Counted from the stretch's first letter, positions 9,417 to 19,296 are shown. The stretch is DNA of 64,000 bases from Patescibacteria group bacterium (GCA_041651015.1 JBAZKA010000003.1:117755-181754), one strand, 5' to 3'. Numbers and translations: made by a program. The notes: generated by a model from the letters alone, not told the origin.

Positions 9417-10334
9417 TTACCAGCAAATATTTGTATTCTCACCGATCAACTCCCGTAAATATTTTTCCACATCGTATTGGTCGCCAATTTGATCAATCAA
9501 GCCATTTTCCAAAGCCATTTCCCCCATCATTGTTGAGCCGTCGGCCAAACTTCTTACTTTCGTTTCGTCCATATTTCTGTTCGCCGCAACGAGATCAATA
9601 AAATTTTCATAAGTTATATTTACATCGCGCATCAGCAAAGATTTTTCTTCGGCGGTTAATTTTTTGTCCGAGCTTCCAGTGTCTTTGAATTTCCCGCTAC
9701 TCAACTGATTATATGATAAACCGTTCGCAGTGTTCTGCCCTGCATTGTCCAAATACGACATGGTGGCACCAATACTGCCGACATCGGAATTTTTGGAGGC
9801 GAAAATTCTGTCCGCTCCAGTCGCGGCCATATACGCGGCCGAAGCGCCAGCGTCGCGAAGCAAGGCAACCGTCGGTTTCATTGCTTCTTTCAACGCACGA
9901 GCAATTTCTTCGCCGGCGACTGGCGAACCGCCGTAAGAATCAATTTCCACCAAAATTGCTTTGATATTCGTGTCCTTGTCCGCTTCACGAATTTTTTGCA
10001 CGACACTTTCCGAAGAAAATTCATCAACGGTTATATTTCCGTCCGCGTCGACGTCTTCATTGGGAATGTATGTAAGCACACCACCGTGCATGACAATACC
10101 CGAAACATTACAAATTTGTTCCGGTTGTGCTGAGTTGTAAAATGTTGTAGTATCATAATCCCCTTCGTTCTCGGACGCGGCATAACAAAACAAAATTATT
10201 GCTCCGGCCGAGATCCACATCGTGAGAAAAGAAAGAAATACAAAAATTTTTTTGACTTTTTGTCCGACGGTTTTACAATATTTTTGAAAACTTTCACTTC
10301 CGACCGGTTGGGTGAGGGTTTGCTTGAGGGACAT
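9417..10334 (-). CDS. sppA: Signal peptide peptidase SppA (S49 family)
   Basis: N-terminal TM, EIDSYGGSPVAGEEIARALKE S49 motif, ClpP/crotonase-like fold signature. Confidence 0.75.
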   Translation of the reverse strand: MSLKQTLTQPVGSESFQKYCKTVGQKVKKIFVFLSFLTMWISAGAIILFCYAASENEGDYDTTTFYNSAQPEQICNVSGIVMHGGVLTYIPNEDVDADGNITVDEFSSESVVQKIREADKDTNIKAILVEIDSYGGSPVAGEEIARALKEAMKPTVALLRDAGASAAYMAATGADRIFASKNSDVGSIGATMSYLDNAGQNTANGLSYNQLSSGKFKDTGSSDKKLTAEEKSLLMRDVNITYENFIDLVAANRNMDETKVRSLADGSTMMGEMALENGLIDQIGDQYDVEKYLRELIGENTNICW

Positions 10335-10443
10335 AATAAGCGAAAATATAATTAATATTATTGTTTAAGTATAACACAAAATTTAAGTTAGGGAAATTAA
10401 AGGATCGAAACTTATTTTTGTTAATTTTTAAGAATATGCTACA

Positions 10444-11481
10444 ATGTATTTTGTGAATGAATTTACTAATTTTTTCGTATTAAAACATATGAAAAACTCT
10501 GAACAAATGAAATCTCCGTTCACTATATATGTAATAGATTTACTTGACGCGTACCATTATGCAGACATCTTCGAAGACGAAAGATATGCGTTAATCGGCG
10601 ATAATTACACTGACATCCAAGACGCGGTGACTTTGGCTGACCGCCTTTTTTCAGCTCTCAATTATAATAAAAAGACGCTGGCGGAATGGACAGAATTTGA
10701 TGATGGGCACGATGTGAGAATATATGACGTTGACAATCATTGCGTTTATAAGGCGCATGAAAAACTACCAAAAAACAATGCGACCATAACACAAAGACGC
10801 ATAACTCAATCACCAAATTTAAGCGACAATCAGATTGTTGAGTATCTAGAAAAAAATTTTGAAGAAATTATTGCACAATTATCAGAGAATCATTGGGACC
10901 ATTTCAACAAATATTTTATAATTTCCAAAAAATATATAGATAAAGAATTTGATAATAATTTCAAACGAGTCTTCTGTAATTTTTATATCATGGACGGGCC
11001 GCATGGCATGGGCGAAACTCAAAAACATATATTTTTTGATCTACTTTTCAATGAGCAAAATGATATTAACTTGATCCTAAAAATATTATTTGGTATCGTC
11101 GACGGCAATAGACCGAAAAAGTTATATTTAAGTTTTGCGTCTAAGCTAATACACACTCTCGACAACGACAGTCCGATTTATGATAATAATATTTCCGAAA
11201 TTTTAAAGCTGCCCCAACAAACTCATACGGGAACACTCGATGAAAAAATAAATAACCGACTGGAAATCTATGGGGAATTAAGAAATCGTTTTAATATATT
11301 ATTAAATAATGACAAAGTAATTGACTTGCTAATCAAATTTAGAAAAGAATTTCAACAAAAAGCTCTACGAGAGAATTTTAAATGGCAAAATGAGATGTTG
11401 TCGGACGTCAAATTGCTAGACTCGATTTTATGGTCTTTATACCGGCTTATTAAAAAAAATAGGACACATGAGCAACAATGA
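10444..11481 (+). CDS. Hypothetical protein, AT-rich islet, translationally coupled to the downstream ARH
   Basis: 345 aa, ~30% GC versus ~45% in flanking core genes. It overlaps the next start by 14 nt. No recognisable catalytic motif by eye. Confidence 0.5.
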   Translation: MYFVNEFTNFFVLKHMKNSEQMKSPFTIYVIDLLDAYHYADIFEDERYALIGDNYTDIQDAVTLADRLFSALNYNKKTLAEWTEFDDGHDVRIYDVDNHCVYKAHEKLPKNNATITQRRITQSPNLSDNQIVEYLEKNFEEIIAQLSENHWDHFNKYFIISKKYIDKEFDNNFKRVFCNFYIMDGPHGMGETQKHIFFDLLFNEQNDINLILKILFGIVDGNRPKKLYLSFASKLIHTLDNDSPIYDNNISEILKLPQQTHTGTLDEKINNRLEIYGELRNRFNILLNNDKVIDLLIKFRKEFQQKALRENFKWQNEMLSDVKLLDSILWSLYRLIKKNRTHEQQ

Positions 11482-12430
11482 ATATATTTTAAATCAATAC
11501 AAGGGATGCCTTTCCGGTTTGGCGGTCGGCGATGTTCTTGGTACGCCTTTTGAATTTTGGAAAAAGGAAAATGTCGCTCAGTACCTGAGAGATGATAAGC
11601 TCGTAATCAAGGATTTTTCTTATGGCGACGTAGGCTTCCCCGCGGGATTCTACAGCGATGATACAGCAACGATGATTTGTCTGGCTGAGAGTTTAATTGA
11701 AAAAGACTTTAACATTGACGATCAATTCGAACGGTATAGACAATGGTACCAAAACGGACATGCTACTCCGTTCAAAGATCGTTGTTATGGCATTGGCCAA
11801 CAAACATTAAAATCACTCGCAAAAAAAATCGACTTAAACAAAATGGATGGCACTGACGTCACCGCTGGCGGTAACGGGTGCCTCATGCGATGTGCCCCCA
11901 TTGGACTTTATTACCGGGGAAATTATAAAGACATTAAAGAAAAAAGTCTTCTTTCCAGTTATTTGACACATAATTATAATATCGCCGGATGGGCATGTGT
12001 TGTGCTAAACTCAATAATATCATTGGTTGCTGAGGGAACGCCGAGAAATAACATTTTGCCCGAGATCCAGTCCATTTTTGGAAATACTTTACCGAACGAA
12101 ATACAGGATGTTCTAGACATAAATTACATTTCAATAAACAATTACGAATATCCCGTCAGTGGTTATTCGGTTGATACTCTCCGAATTGCTATTTGGGCGT
12201 GGTTAACTTCTAAGAATTATATTGACGGCATCACAAAAGTCATACTTCTTGGCAATGATACCGATACATTCGCAGCTGTGACGGGAGCTATCGCCGGTTG
12301 TTATTACGGTTATGATTCCATTGCGCGCGAATATGCGGAAAAAGTTATCAATAATGATTATATTGTAAATCTTGCGGAAAAAATTTATAATAAACAGAAT
12401 GCAAATAATTTTAACGTCCCATCACTTTAA
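11468..12430 (+). CDS. ADP-ribosylglycohydrolase family protein (DraG/ARH-like)
   Basis: GCLSGLAVGDVLGTPFEF and FYSDDTATMICLAESL N-terminal ARH signatures. C-terminal GNDTDTFAAVTGAIAGCYYG metal-binding motif. Confidence 0.8.
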   Translation: MSNNEYILNQYKGCLSGLAVGDVLGTPFEFWKKENVAQYLRDDKLVIKDFSYGDVGFPAGFYSDDTATMICLAESLIEKDFNIDDQFERYRQWYQNGHATPFKDRCYGIGQQTLKSLAKKIDLNKMDGTDVTAGGNGCLMRCAPIGLYYRGNYKDIKEKSLLSSYLTHNYNIAGWACVVLNSIISLVAEGTPRNNILPEIQSIFGNTLPNEIQDVLDINYISINNYEYPVSGYSVDTLRIAIWAWLTSKNYIDGITKVILLGNDTDTFAAVTGAIAGCYYGYDSIAREYAEKVINNDYIVNLAEKIYNKQNANNFNVPSL

Positions 12431-12465
12431 TCAAATATTTATTACTAATTTCTAATATTTTTTCT

Positions 12466-12732
12466 ATGCCGCTTACCGATGCTGAAAAAAATGAATTAGA
12501 GTATCTTGAAAATCCACAGGTTCAGTTCCTAACACCACCAACCAGTGGCGTGTTTGGCCATTTTATTGTTGGCGATGCACAAAACAAACGCAAAAATCGA
12601 GTTGTCGCGCTTAGAACAAAACTGAGAATGGAAGAATTGGGACTCAATGAACAAAATGATTGGCAAAAATACTACGATATAAAAAGCGAGGAAGAGGATC
12701 GGTTCGATAAAAAATTCGCCAACGATAACTAA
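12466..12732 (+). CDS. Hypothetical small protein
   Basis: 88-aa ORF downstream of the ARH gene in the same AT-rich islet. Confidence 0.3.
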   Translation: MPLTDAEKNELEYLENPQVQFLTPPTSGVFGHFIVGDAQNKRKNRVVALRTKLRMEELGLNEQNDWQKYYDIKSEEEDRFDKKFANDN

Positions 12733-12740
12733 AAAAACTT

Positions 12741-12783
12741 GAAGGGATTCCTCACTCCGCTTCGCTTCGTTCGGAATGACACG
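12741..12783 (-). repeat. Family A repeat copy (reverse orientation) at the islet junction
   Basis: The reverse complement reads GTCATTCCGAACGAAGCGAAGCGGAGTGAGGAATCCCTTC. It directly abuts the duplicated mreB 3' segment. Confidence 0.65.
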
Positions 12784-12790
12784 CTACCGT

Positions 12791-12925
12791 GTCGCCAAAA
12801 TACTTCGTTTGTAATTATCAATATTTTCCAGAGCCGTGCCCGTGCCTTTGACCGCGCAGAAAATCGGATCCTCGGCCACGTAAGTGGACACACTGGTCGT
12901 CTCGGCAATGAGTTCGCCGAGAGAC
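12791..12925 (-). pseudogene. Partial duplicate of the mreB 3' end (direct repeat DR1, attachment-site-like)
   Basis: ~135 bp that is ~95% identical to 15289-15423. It encodes ...STYVAEDPIFCAVKGTGTALENIDNYKRSILATR, identical to the MreB C-terminus. ORF 12784-12996 is this fragment. Confidence 0.7.
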
Positions 12926-13010
12926 GCGCCCTTGCCGCCGGCAATGGAGGCGTTGGATTTGGATAATTCGGAAAAATGTTTTAAGAAGTTGGACATAAAA
13001 ATTAGTAGAA

Positions 13011-14078
13011 TTATTTTCTACATTTCGTGTTATTTTTCACCTTCAAAATTTTTTTCACCTCCCGATCAAAATCAGAAATGTAATTTCGGTCTTGCACCAC
13101 GCGAAATTTTTCATATTCCTCCAATGCCAGGGCTTCAGCCACTTCGTGACTGATTTTACCGACATCAGACAAAATCTGTTTTTCATTAAATTTTAAGAAA
13201 GCGTCTAATTTCAAAACCCAATCCTTCATCCGCATTAAAACGCCATTCTTAGCTTGCATTTCCGCATAATCTAAATACATCGTAACGATTCTATTCAAGT
13301 GGTCAAACTCTTGTTCACTCAAATAATTTTTGGCAATCACCACATCAGTTTCTCTAATCCGACCTTTGGGGGAATTTTTCCAAACGGTCAAACCCATATT
13401 CTCTTTGGTGCTATCCACTCGTTCACTAATTATTTCTGCAGCGGTTTTTCCAGTGATGGCAAAATGTAGCTTATTTTGCACCGTGGAAAAAAATTGTTTG
13501 GTTATTATTTCATTCGGATTATAATCAGCGCTACATTCGGCATAAATATCGGTAATTTTTTGATACAGCCGTCGTTCACTGGAACGAATATTTCTAATCC
13601 TTGCCAACTGTTCCTCAAAATAATCTTCCCCGAAAATAGTATTTGGGTTCTTTAATCGTTCATCATCCATCGTGAAACCTTTGATAATGTATTCCTTTAA
13701 TCTAGCCGTTGCCCAAATTCTAAATTGTGTCGCCTGTGCGCTATTGACTCTATATCCGACAGAAAGAATGGCGTCTAGGTTGTAAAATTTTATAGATTGA
13801 TTTTGTGTTTTTCCTGATATGGCTCCATGAATAGTGGTATGTTCCAAAATGGAACTAACCACTTTTTCATCTAATTCTCCACTTTCAAAGATATTTTTTA
13901 GATGCTTAGTGATGGCCGGTCGTTGCACGCCAAATAATAGTGCTATTTTATCCTGTGTCAACCAAATATTTTCATCACGCAAAAATATTTCTACTTTCAC
14001 CTGCCCGTTGGGAGTGGTGTAAAGCAAAAATTCGGTGAAACTATTATGGGTGTTGATTTTTGATTTCTGTTTCGTCAT
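13011..14078 (-). CDS. RhuM-family virulence/DNA-binding protein (Fic-associated family)
   Basis: YNLDAILSVGYRVNSAQATQFRIWATARLKEYIIKGFTMDDERLK matches the conserved RhuM core. 355 aa. Confidence 0.7.
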   Translation of the reverse strand: MTKQKSKINTHNSFTEFLLYTTPNGQVKVEIFLRDENIWLTQDKIALLFGVQRPAITKHLKNIFESGELDEKVVSSILEHTTIHGAISGKTQNQSIKFYNLDAILSVGYRVNSAQATQFRIWATARLKEYIIKGFTMDDERLKNPNTIFGEDYFEEQLARIRNIRSSERRLYQKITDIYAECSADYNPNEIITKQFFSTVQNKLHFAITGKTAAEIISERVDSTKENMGLTVWKNSPKGRIRETDVVIAKNYLSEQEFDHLNRIVTMYLDYAEMQAKNGVLMRMKDWVLKLDAFLKFNEKQILSDVGKISHEVAEALALEEYEKFRVVQDRNYISDFDREVKKILKVKNNTKCRK

Positions 14079-14083
14079 ATTTA

Positions 14084-14602
14084 TTATCTCAAAATCAAAC
14101 CGGTCATTGTTGGTGCAAACATTTTAATCAGTTCCAAAGCGTCTTCGGGTTTAATTTGTCCGCCCGCCGGCAATAATTTTTTCACATTTTCCACGGCCGA
14201 CAAAAACGCGTCATAATTTTTGGCTAAACGTTTTTTGTTTATAGTAAAACCGTCAACGATATGATGACGCAATGTCTTGGTCGCCCATTGGCGGAATTTT
14301 GTACCGGCTTTTGAATTTATCCTATAACCAACAGAAATAATTGCATCTAAATTATAGTGCTTTATTAGATATTTCTTACCGTCTGACGCAGTTACCGAGT
14401 AATCCTCGGTAACTGAATTTTCCTTTAGCTCGTCCTCCTTAAATATTTTTTTCAAATGCAGACTTATATTATCAGTGCTACAATCAAATAATTCAGCCAT
14501 TTGTTTTTGGCTGAGCCAGACGGTCTCATTTACAAGTTTCACTTCCAATCTTGTCTGACCGCTATCGGTTTTATAAATTATGATTTTATTTTTTTCCTCC
14601 AT
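14084..14602 (-). CDS. RhuM-family protein, N-terminal-domain-only paralog
   Basis: HYNLDAIISVGYRINSKAGTKFRQWATKTLRHHIVDGFTINKKRLAKN. 172 aa, paralogous to the N-terminal half of 13011-14078. Confidence 0.65.
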   Translation of the reverse strand: MEEKNKIIIYKTDSGQTRLEVKLVNETVWLSQKQMAELFDCSTDNISLHLKKIFKEDELKENSVTEDYSVTASDGKKYLIKHYNLDAIISVGYRINSKAGTKFRQWATKTLRHHIVDGFTINKKRLAKNYDAFLSAVENVKKLLPAGGQIKPEDALELIKMFAPTMTGLILR

Positions 14603-14611
14603 AATAATTGT

Positions 14612-15265
14612 TTATACTTCATTTTTTACAACCCATTCAATATCCTCTTTTGCTTTCGCGATATTTCTCATGCCTTGTCCAACTGGATAATACACCGGAA
14701 AAATTTTAAATATTTGCCCTTTGATTTCCATTATTTCAAACTTTTTTCTGTAATCCGAAACTTTGATGTTCTTGCCTAGTAAAACCGAACTTACTTGATT
14801 ACCAAAAGTTATGATAATTTCCGGTTTAATAATATTTATCTCTTTTTTAAACAAATCCAAATATTCTCTAAATACTTCGTCCTTAAGATGCCTTGCGTCC
14901 GCTTGTGTCGCCTTTGACAAATTGGTTATATACAACGAACAATCTCTGACTTTTAAATAAACTTTATCGGCAAATTCGCGATTCCAATCACACGGTCTTT
15001 TTTCATCAATTTCTTTAAAAAATTTTTCGTCAAAAAAACCGAGTTGAAAAAGCATCTTCCAAACATTCTTGGTGCCTATCCAAGGAGCTTTTAACCCGTT
15101 CCATTTTTTATCGGAAGAAACATTTCTGCCGGTCGGATTCATAAACACCAAACAAATTTTCGGATTATAAATCTCACCGGCACCGCAAACGGCGTCCAAA
15201 CTTTTATCTCCATGTATTAGTTGCAAATTATTAAATTGTTTTATCAAATGTTTAACTTGCAACAT
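14612..15265 (-). CDS. Uracil-DNA glycosylase superfamily protein (Mug/TDG-like)
   Basis: LVFMNPTGRNVSS...NVWKMLFQLGF resembles the Mug motif ILFVGINPG...NRFW..L..AG. The true start is taken at MLQVKHL (15265). The ORF-track extension to 15406 reads through the mreB duplicate in another frame. Confidence 0.5.
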   Translation of the reverse strand: MLQVKHLIKQFNNLQLIHGDKSLDAVCGAGEIYNPKICLVFMNPTGRNVSSDKKWNGLKAPWIGTKNVWKMLFQLGFFDEKFFKEIDEKRPCDWNREFADKVYLKVRDCSLYITNLSKATQADARHLKDEVFREYLDLFKKEINIIKPEIIITFGNQVSSVLLGKNIKVSDYRKKFEIMEIKGQIFKIFPVYYPVGQGMRNIAKAKEDIEWVVKNEV

Positions 15266-15281
15266 AGTCAATTTCACAATT

Positions 15282-16289
15282 TTATCTCGTCGCCAAAATA
15301 CTTCGTTTGTAATTATCAATATTTTCCAGAGCCGTGCCCGTGCCTTTGACCGCACAGAAAATCGGGTCTTCGGCCACATAAGTGGACACGCCGGTCGTCT
15401 CGGCAATGAGTTCGGCGAGATTGCGGAGTTGCGCCGACCCGCCGGTCAAAATAATTCCTTTGTCCATCACATCCGCGGACAATTCCGGCGGAGTGTCATG
15501 CAAGACGTCTTTAATCGCTTTCATTAGTAATTCCAAATCATGTTGCAAAGCCTCGGTGACATCATCGGACGTGACCGTCACAATGCGCGGCAAACCGCTG
15601 ACCATATCCTGGCCTTTTATTTCCGCGGATAGCGACTTGCTCATGTACATAGCCGAACCGACTGTGGCTTTAATTTCTTCGGCCGTGTGCACGCCAATGG
15701 CCAAATTATATTTTCGTCTGATAAATTCAGCGATGGCCTGGTCAAATTTATTACCGCCAATGCGCACCGAACCCGAAGCGACAATTCCGCCGAGCGAAAT
15801 CACGGCAATTTCGGACGTGCCTCCGCCGACATCAATCACCATGTGGCCCGAAGCCGCGCCAATCGGAATGTCCGCGCCAATGGCGGCCACGAGCGGAGCT
15901 TTGATCAAATACGCGGCGCGCGCGCCCGCGGCAATGGTCGCATCAATCACGGCCCGACGTTCGGTGGAAGTGATGCCCGAAGGCACGGCCACCATTACTT
16001 CGGGACGGAACAAGTGCACTCCGCCCAAAGCTTTGTTGATAAAATACCGGAGCATGGCTTCGGTGGTTTTATAGTTGGCAATCACGCCTTCTTTGAGCGG
16101 ATGTTCGGCGGAAATGGAATCCGGCGTACGGCCGAGCATATCTTTAGCTTCCAATCCGACCGCCAAAATTTTGCCGTCATTTTTGGAAATAGCCACCACC
16201 GACGGTTCATTAATCACCACGCCCTTTTTCGGGACATACACACGGACGTTGTTCGTTCCCAAATCAATTCCGACTTTTTTGATAAACAT
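15282..16289 (-). CDS. mreB: Rod shape-determining protein MreB (actin-like ATPase)
   Basis: KKVGIDLGTNNVRVY phosphate-1 motif, DVGGGTSEIAVIS phosphate-2 motif, 335 aa. Confidence 0.9.
   Translation of the reverse strand: MFIKKVGIDLGTNNVRVYVPKKGVVINEPSVVAISKNDGKILAVGLEAKDMLGRTPDSISAEHPLKEGVIANYKTTEAMLRYFINKALGGVHLFRPEVMVAVPSGITSTERRAVIDATIAAGARAAYLIKAPLVAAIGADIPIGAASGHMVIDVGGGTSEIAVISLGGIVASGSVRIGGNKFDQAIAEFIRRKYNLAIGVHTAEEIKATVGSAMYMSKSLSAEIKGQDMVSGLPRIVTVTSDDVTEALQHDLELLMKAIKDVLHDTPPELSADVMDKGIILTGGSAQLRNLAELIAETTGVSTYVAEDPIFCAVKGTGTALENIDNYKRSILATR
15289..15423 (-). repeat. Direct repeat DR2, the native mreB 3' end that matches 12791-12925
   Basis: Sequence identity by eye over ~135 bp, with divergence beyond GGCAATGAGTTCG. 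Confidence 0.7.
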
Positions 16290-16298
16290 AATTAAAAA

Positions 16299-17789
16299 TT
16301 ATTTAGTTCTGATTTCAAACTCTACATCCGTTTTTAAGGTTGTGGAATAATCATAACGCTTATCATCAAGGCCATTCGCCACTTCTCCGGGCGACGCGTA
16401 TGCCAGTGTATTAGCAAATTCCAAACCCAGTGTCAATCCGACATCATTGGTGCCAAGCTGTTTTTGCACAAGCAAACGATAATCATTCGCAATAATGCGT
16501 TCAGCCACTGTGGGCGCGATATAATATTCAAAGGTAAGTTCTCCGACATTTTGCGGTTCAACCGAAATAAACGCCCCATACCAACGTTTGCCGTTTTCTA
16601 CGCCCGTGTCTGTCTTTAAGGATTTAGCCGTACCGCCGGCGTTGGCTTTAAAAGTTGCGCCGATTAGTTCACTGCCATCGGGCGCATATACCCGCGCGTA
16701 ATCCAAGTATCTGGTGGTACGCCAATTAAACGAACCGGTGTGATTGTATATCATCTTGGCTCGGGCAATATATCGGCCGGCGTCGTTGGCGTAAATATCA
16801 TAATTCAAAACACGGTTAATGGAGGCATCAGTTTTTAACGCGCCCAAATTCGCATCAGCCCAAAGCAAATAGTCATAGTTTACCGAAGCCATCTCGCCGG
16901 CCCAGTTTTTCGCCTCAAAAATTTGCTGGTAATCCTCATTTGGCGAATACATCATGATTTGTTTTTGCGCCAACATTTTTTCAAGAAGAATTTTATAATC
17001 GCTCCAGCTCTTGAAAATGTTTTTCATGGAATTGGTGATGACTTGCTTGGCCAAATCCTTGAGCATGGATTTACGATCGTCAAATGAAACGCCTTTATCC
17101 ACAAAACCATATTCCACTTCATATTCCAATTTTTCGGTAAAATTATCGGCTGTGAATTGCATCCCGCCCACGGTAATCGGACCGGAGATGCGCAACAGCC
17201 CTTCAATCACAGTCGGAGTAAAGCCGACCACGGCGTCAATGTCCGAAGCTTTAACACCGTCTTCTTTGACGTATAAATCCAAAGACTGGGCGGCGGAAAT
17301 TTTAAAATCCGGCGACCAATTGGAATCGCGGAAATACCAACGTTCCAAATCCAAATATTTGCCAATCGGCGCCGGTGGGACTGAAACAAAATCTTTTGGC
17401 GCGTTATTGTCTATGATTTCCGTACCTTCAACTTTGATAATTTCCGGATTGGCCTTGTCCATGGTGACCACCGCATAAGTGCCAATAAACCCCCCGCCCG
17501 GGCGAAGCTCGGTATTGTTCAAAAACAAAATCAAAAAAGTTTGCGGTTCTTCCATGCCAAAAAGTTTTTGCACAAAATTCGCGCCCATCTCGTCGGAAAT
17601 GACGGGAGTGATTGTATCCGCACCGACTTGCGGCGTGGTGGCAAGGGATAGAAAATTTTTGCCGATTTGACCAATGACCGTCTGTTGCAACCCGCCGGAT
17701 TTATACCAAAAATACAAAAACGATCCGCCCGCTACAAGCAAGCAGGCGACCGTGAGCGAAGCGAGTTTTATAAAGCGGCTAAATGTCAT
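16299..17789 (-). CDS. Membrane-anchored DUF4012-like envelope protein
   Basis: N-terminal TM. The LRPGGGFIG motif and overall architecture are recalled from DUF4012 proteins, which sit next to glycosyltransferases. Confidence 0.4.
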   Translation of the reverse strand: MTFSRFIKLASLTVACLLVAGGSFLYFWYKSGGLQQTVIGQIGKNFLSLATTPQVGADTITPVISDEMGANFVQKLFGMEEPQTFLILFLNNTELRPGGGFIGTYAVVTMDKANPEIIKVEGTEIIDNNAPKDFVSVPPAPIGKYLDLERWYFRDSNWSPDFKISAAQSLDLYVKEDGVKASDIDAVVGFTPTVIEGLLRISGPITVGGMQFTADNFTEKLEYEVEYGFVDKGVSFDDRKSMLKDLAKQVITNSMKNIFKSWSDYKILLEKMLAQKQIMMYSPNEDYQQIFEAKNWAGEMASVNYDYLLWADANLGALKTDASINRVLNYDIYANDAGRYIARAKMIYNHTGSFNWRTTRYLDYARVYAPDGSELIGATFKANAGGTAKSLKTDTGVENGKRWYGAFISVEPQNVGELTFEYYIAPTVAERIIANDYRLLVQKQLGTNDVGLTLGLEFANTLAYASPGEVANGLDDKRYDYSTTLKTDVEFEIRTK

Positions 17790-17805
17790 ACTAAAATGGT
17801 ATGGA

Positions 17806-19296
17806 TTAAACTGAGATGCGTTTTTTAACCGAGACGTTGAAACCCAGATATTTTCCGAGCGCCAAATGCGTCACCGCGTCAATGCAAGGAATGGCGGAAA
17901 ACATAACCAATGAAACCGGCAAGAGCACCCACTGCGCCAACATAATCAGATATTTATATTTGGGATGGCCCTCCGGACGAATCGGTAAAATCAGCATGCT
18001 GAGCACGGCGGATACGAGCATGCCGAGCATGGCCAGAGCCATCATTAATTCCAAGGCATGAGGCGCGTTAAAAAATAAAGCACTCTGGCGGACAGAATCC
18101 CCTGCCACCCAAAGCGGCAACCGACCCACAAGAGAAATAAGAATGGCCACAATCGCCCAGCTCCATTTGCCTTCCCACTCGTGAAAAATCATGGTTAATT
18201 TTTTAACGCGGGAAATTTCCGGATGTCGTTTCCACTGCCACATCAAAAAAGGAATGTGCTCGGTGCCCCACGCCCACCGGCGCTGTTGTAAATATAAATT
18301 TTGCAGACTCTTGAACATTTTGTCGTCGCGCGCCGTATCCATAGACACGGGGATGTAAAGCGGAGTCACTTCATAATCGCCGCCGTTCGCCAGCCAGCAC
18401 TGATAAAAAATTCTTGAATCCTCGCTGACAATATCTTTGGCATGCCCGCCACAATCCACGATGGCCTGAAAACTCATGCTGTGCGAAGAAAAAGTCACCA
18501 CATTATCCAGCCGCGCCAAAGAAAACATGGTCCAAAAAGTCGTACCAAAAGCCATAATGCGCAAAAATGCCGGTGATTCCCATAAATTATTGTTATAAAG
18601 CGTCACCGGTTGAAACGAGCTATGGCTCGGACGCGGGTGCGAACAGTACATATAATTCAAATGCGCGAAATATTGCGGATGTACAATCGTATCAATATCA
18701 AAAGCTGAGACAATCACATCAATATATTTCCAGCCGCGCGCGTCAATATATTTTTTGAATTCTTTTTCCATCCAATTGAGATGCGCGCCCTTACCCGGAA
18801 TTTCATCTGGCAGATTGGCCGGATGAGTGTAAAAAATCAGATCGGCAAATTTACCGGCGTATAATTTTTCAATTTGCGGACGCAGAGCATCCCAATGATC
18901 TTTTTTTCTCGCTTCACCGGAAATAATTATGTAAAATTTATCCGCCGGATAAGTGGAATTCAAAATGGCGCGCAGAGTCGCTTCCACAACCGGTAAATCT
19001 TCATTATAAAGCGGTAAAAAAATCGCGTTCCTTTTTTCTTGCCACTTCGGAAAATCATTTTTCAATTTTGCGAGCCAGTCAATTTCCAAAGCGCGGCGAA
19101 ACCTAAGCCATGATAATATCACATAAAAAGAAAAATAAATCACGCGCAAAACCCAATACACGTCAAAAACGATGATAAAATAAATCATCCAAAGCGGCTT
19201 CAGGAAAGACAAACCAACCGCCAAAATCAAAGTCAGCCAGATGCTGGCCGCCGGCAAAATTTCATACAAACGGTATTTGTGGTAGTCGGATAACAT
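17806..19296 (-). CDS. Processive family-2 glycosyltransferase (cellulose/chitin-synthase-like) integral membrane protein
   Basis: QQRRWAWG (QxxRW) motif, D,D-type GT2 core, N- and C-terminal TM segments, 496 aa. Confidence 0.7.
   Translation of the reverse strand: MLSDYHKYRLYEILPAASIWLTLILAVGLSFLKPLWMIYFIIVFDVYWVLRVIYFSFYVILSWLRFRRALEIDWLAKLKNDFPKWQEKRNAIFLPLYNEDLPVVEATLRAILNSTYPADKFYIIISGEARKKDHWDALRPQIEKLYAGKFADLIFYTHPANLPDEIPGKGAHLNWMEKEFKKYIDARGWKYIDVIVSAFDIDTIVHPQYFAHLNYMYCSHPRPSHSSFQPVTLYNNNLWESPAFLRIMAFGTTFWTMFSLARLDNVVTFSSHSMSFQAIVDCGGHAKDIVSEDSRIFYQCWLANGGDYEVTPLYIPVSMDTARDDKMFKSLQNLYLQQRRWAWGTEHIPFLMWQWKRHPEISRVKKLTMIFHEWEGKWSWAIVAILISLVGRLPLWVAGDSVRQSALFFNAPHALELMMALAMLGMLVSAVLSMLILPIRPEGHPKYKYLIMLAQWVLLPVSLVMFSAIPCIDAVTHLALGKYLGFNVSVKKRISV

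Noticed and set aside
12729-12944. Minus-strand ORF MPAARARLSANSLPRRP..., and the N-terminal 47 codons of ORF 14612-15406
   Set aside because: Both are out-of-frame read-throughs of the duplicated mreB 3' segment (DR1/DR2). Their near-identical translations are a repeat artifact, not paralogous proteins.
15382-16295. Plus-strand ORFs 15382-16074 and 15687-16295 of 200-230 aa
   Set aside because: Antisense to the strongly supported mreB CDS. Arg/Ala-rich composition is typical of antisense GC-skewed frames.
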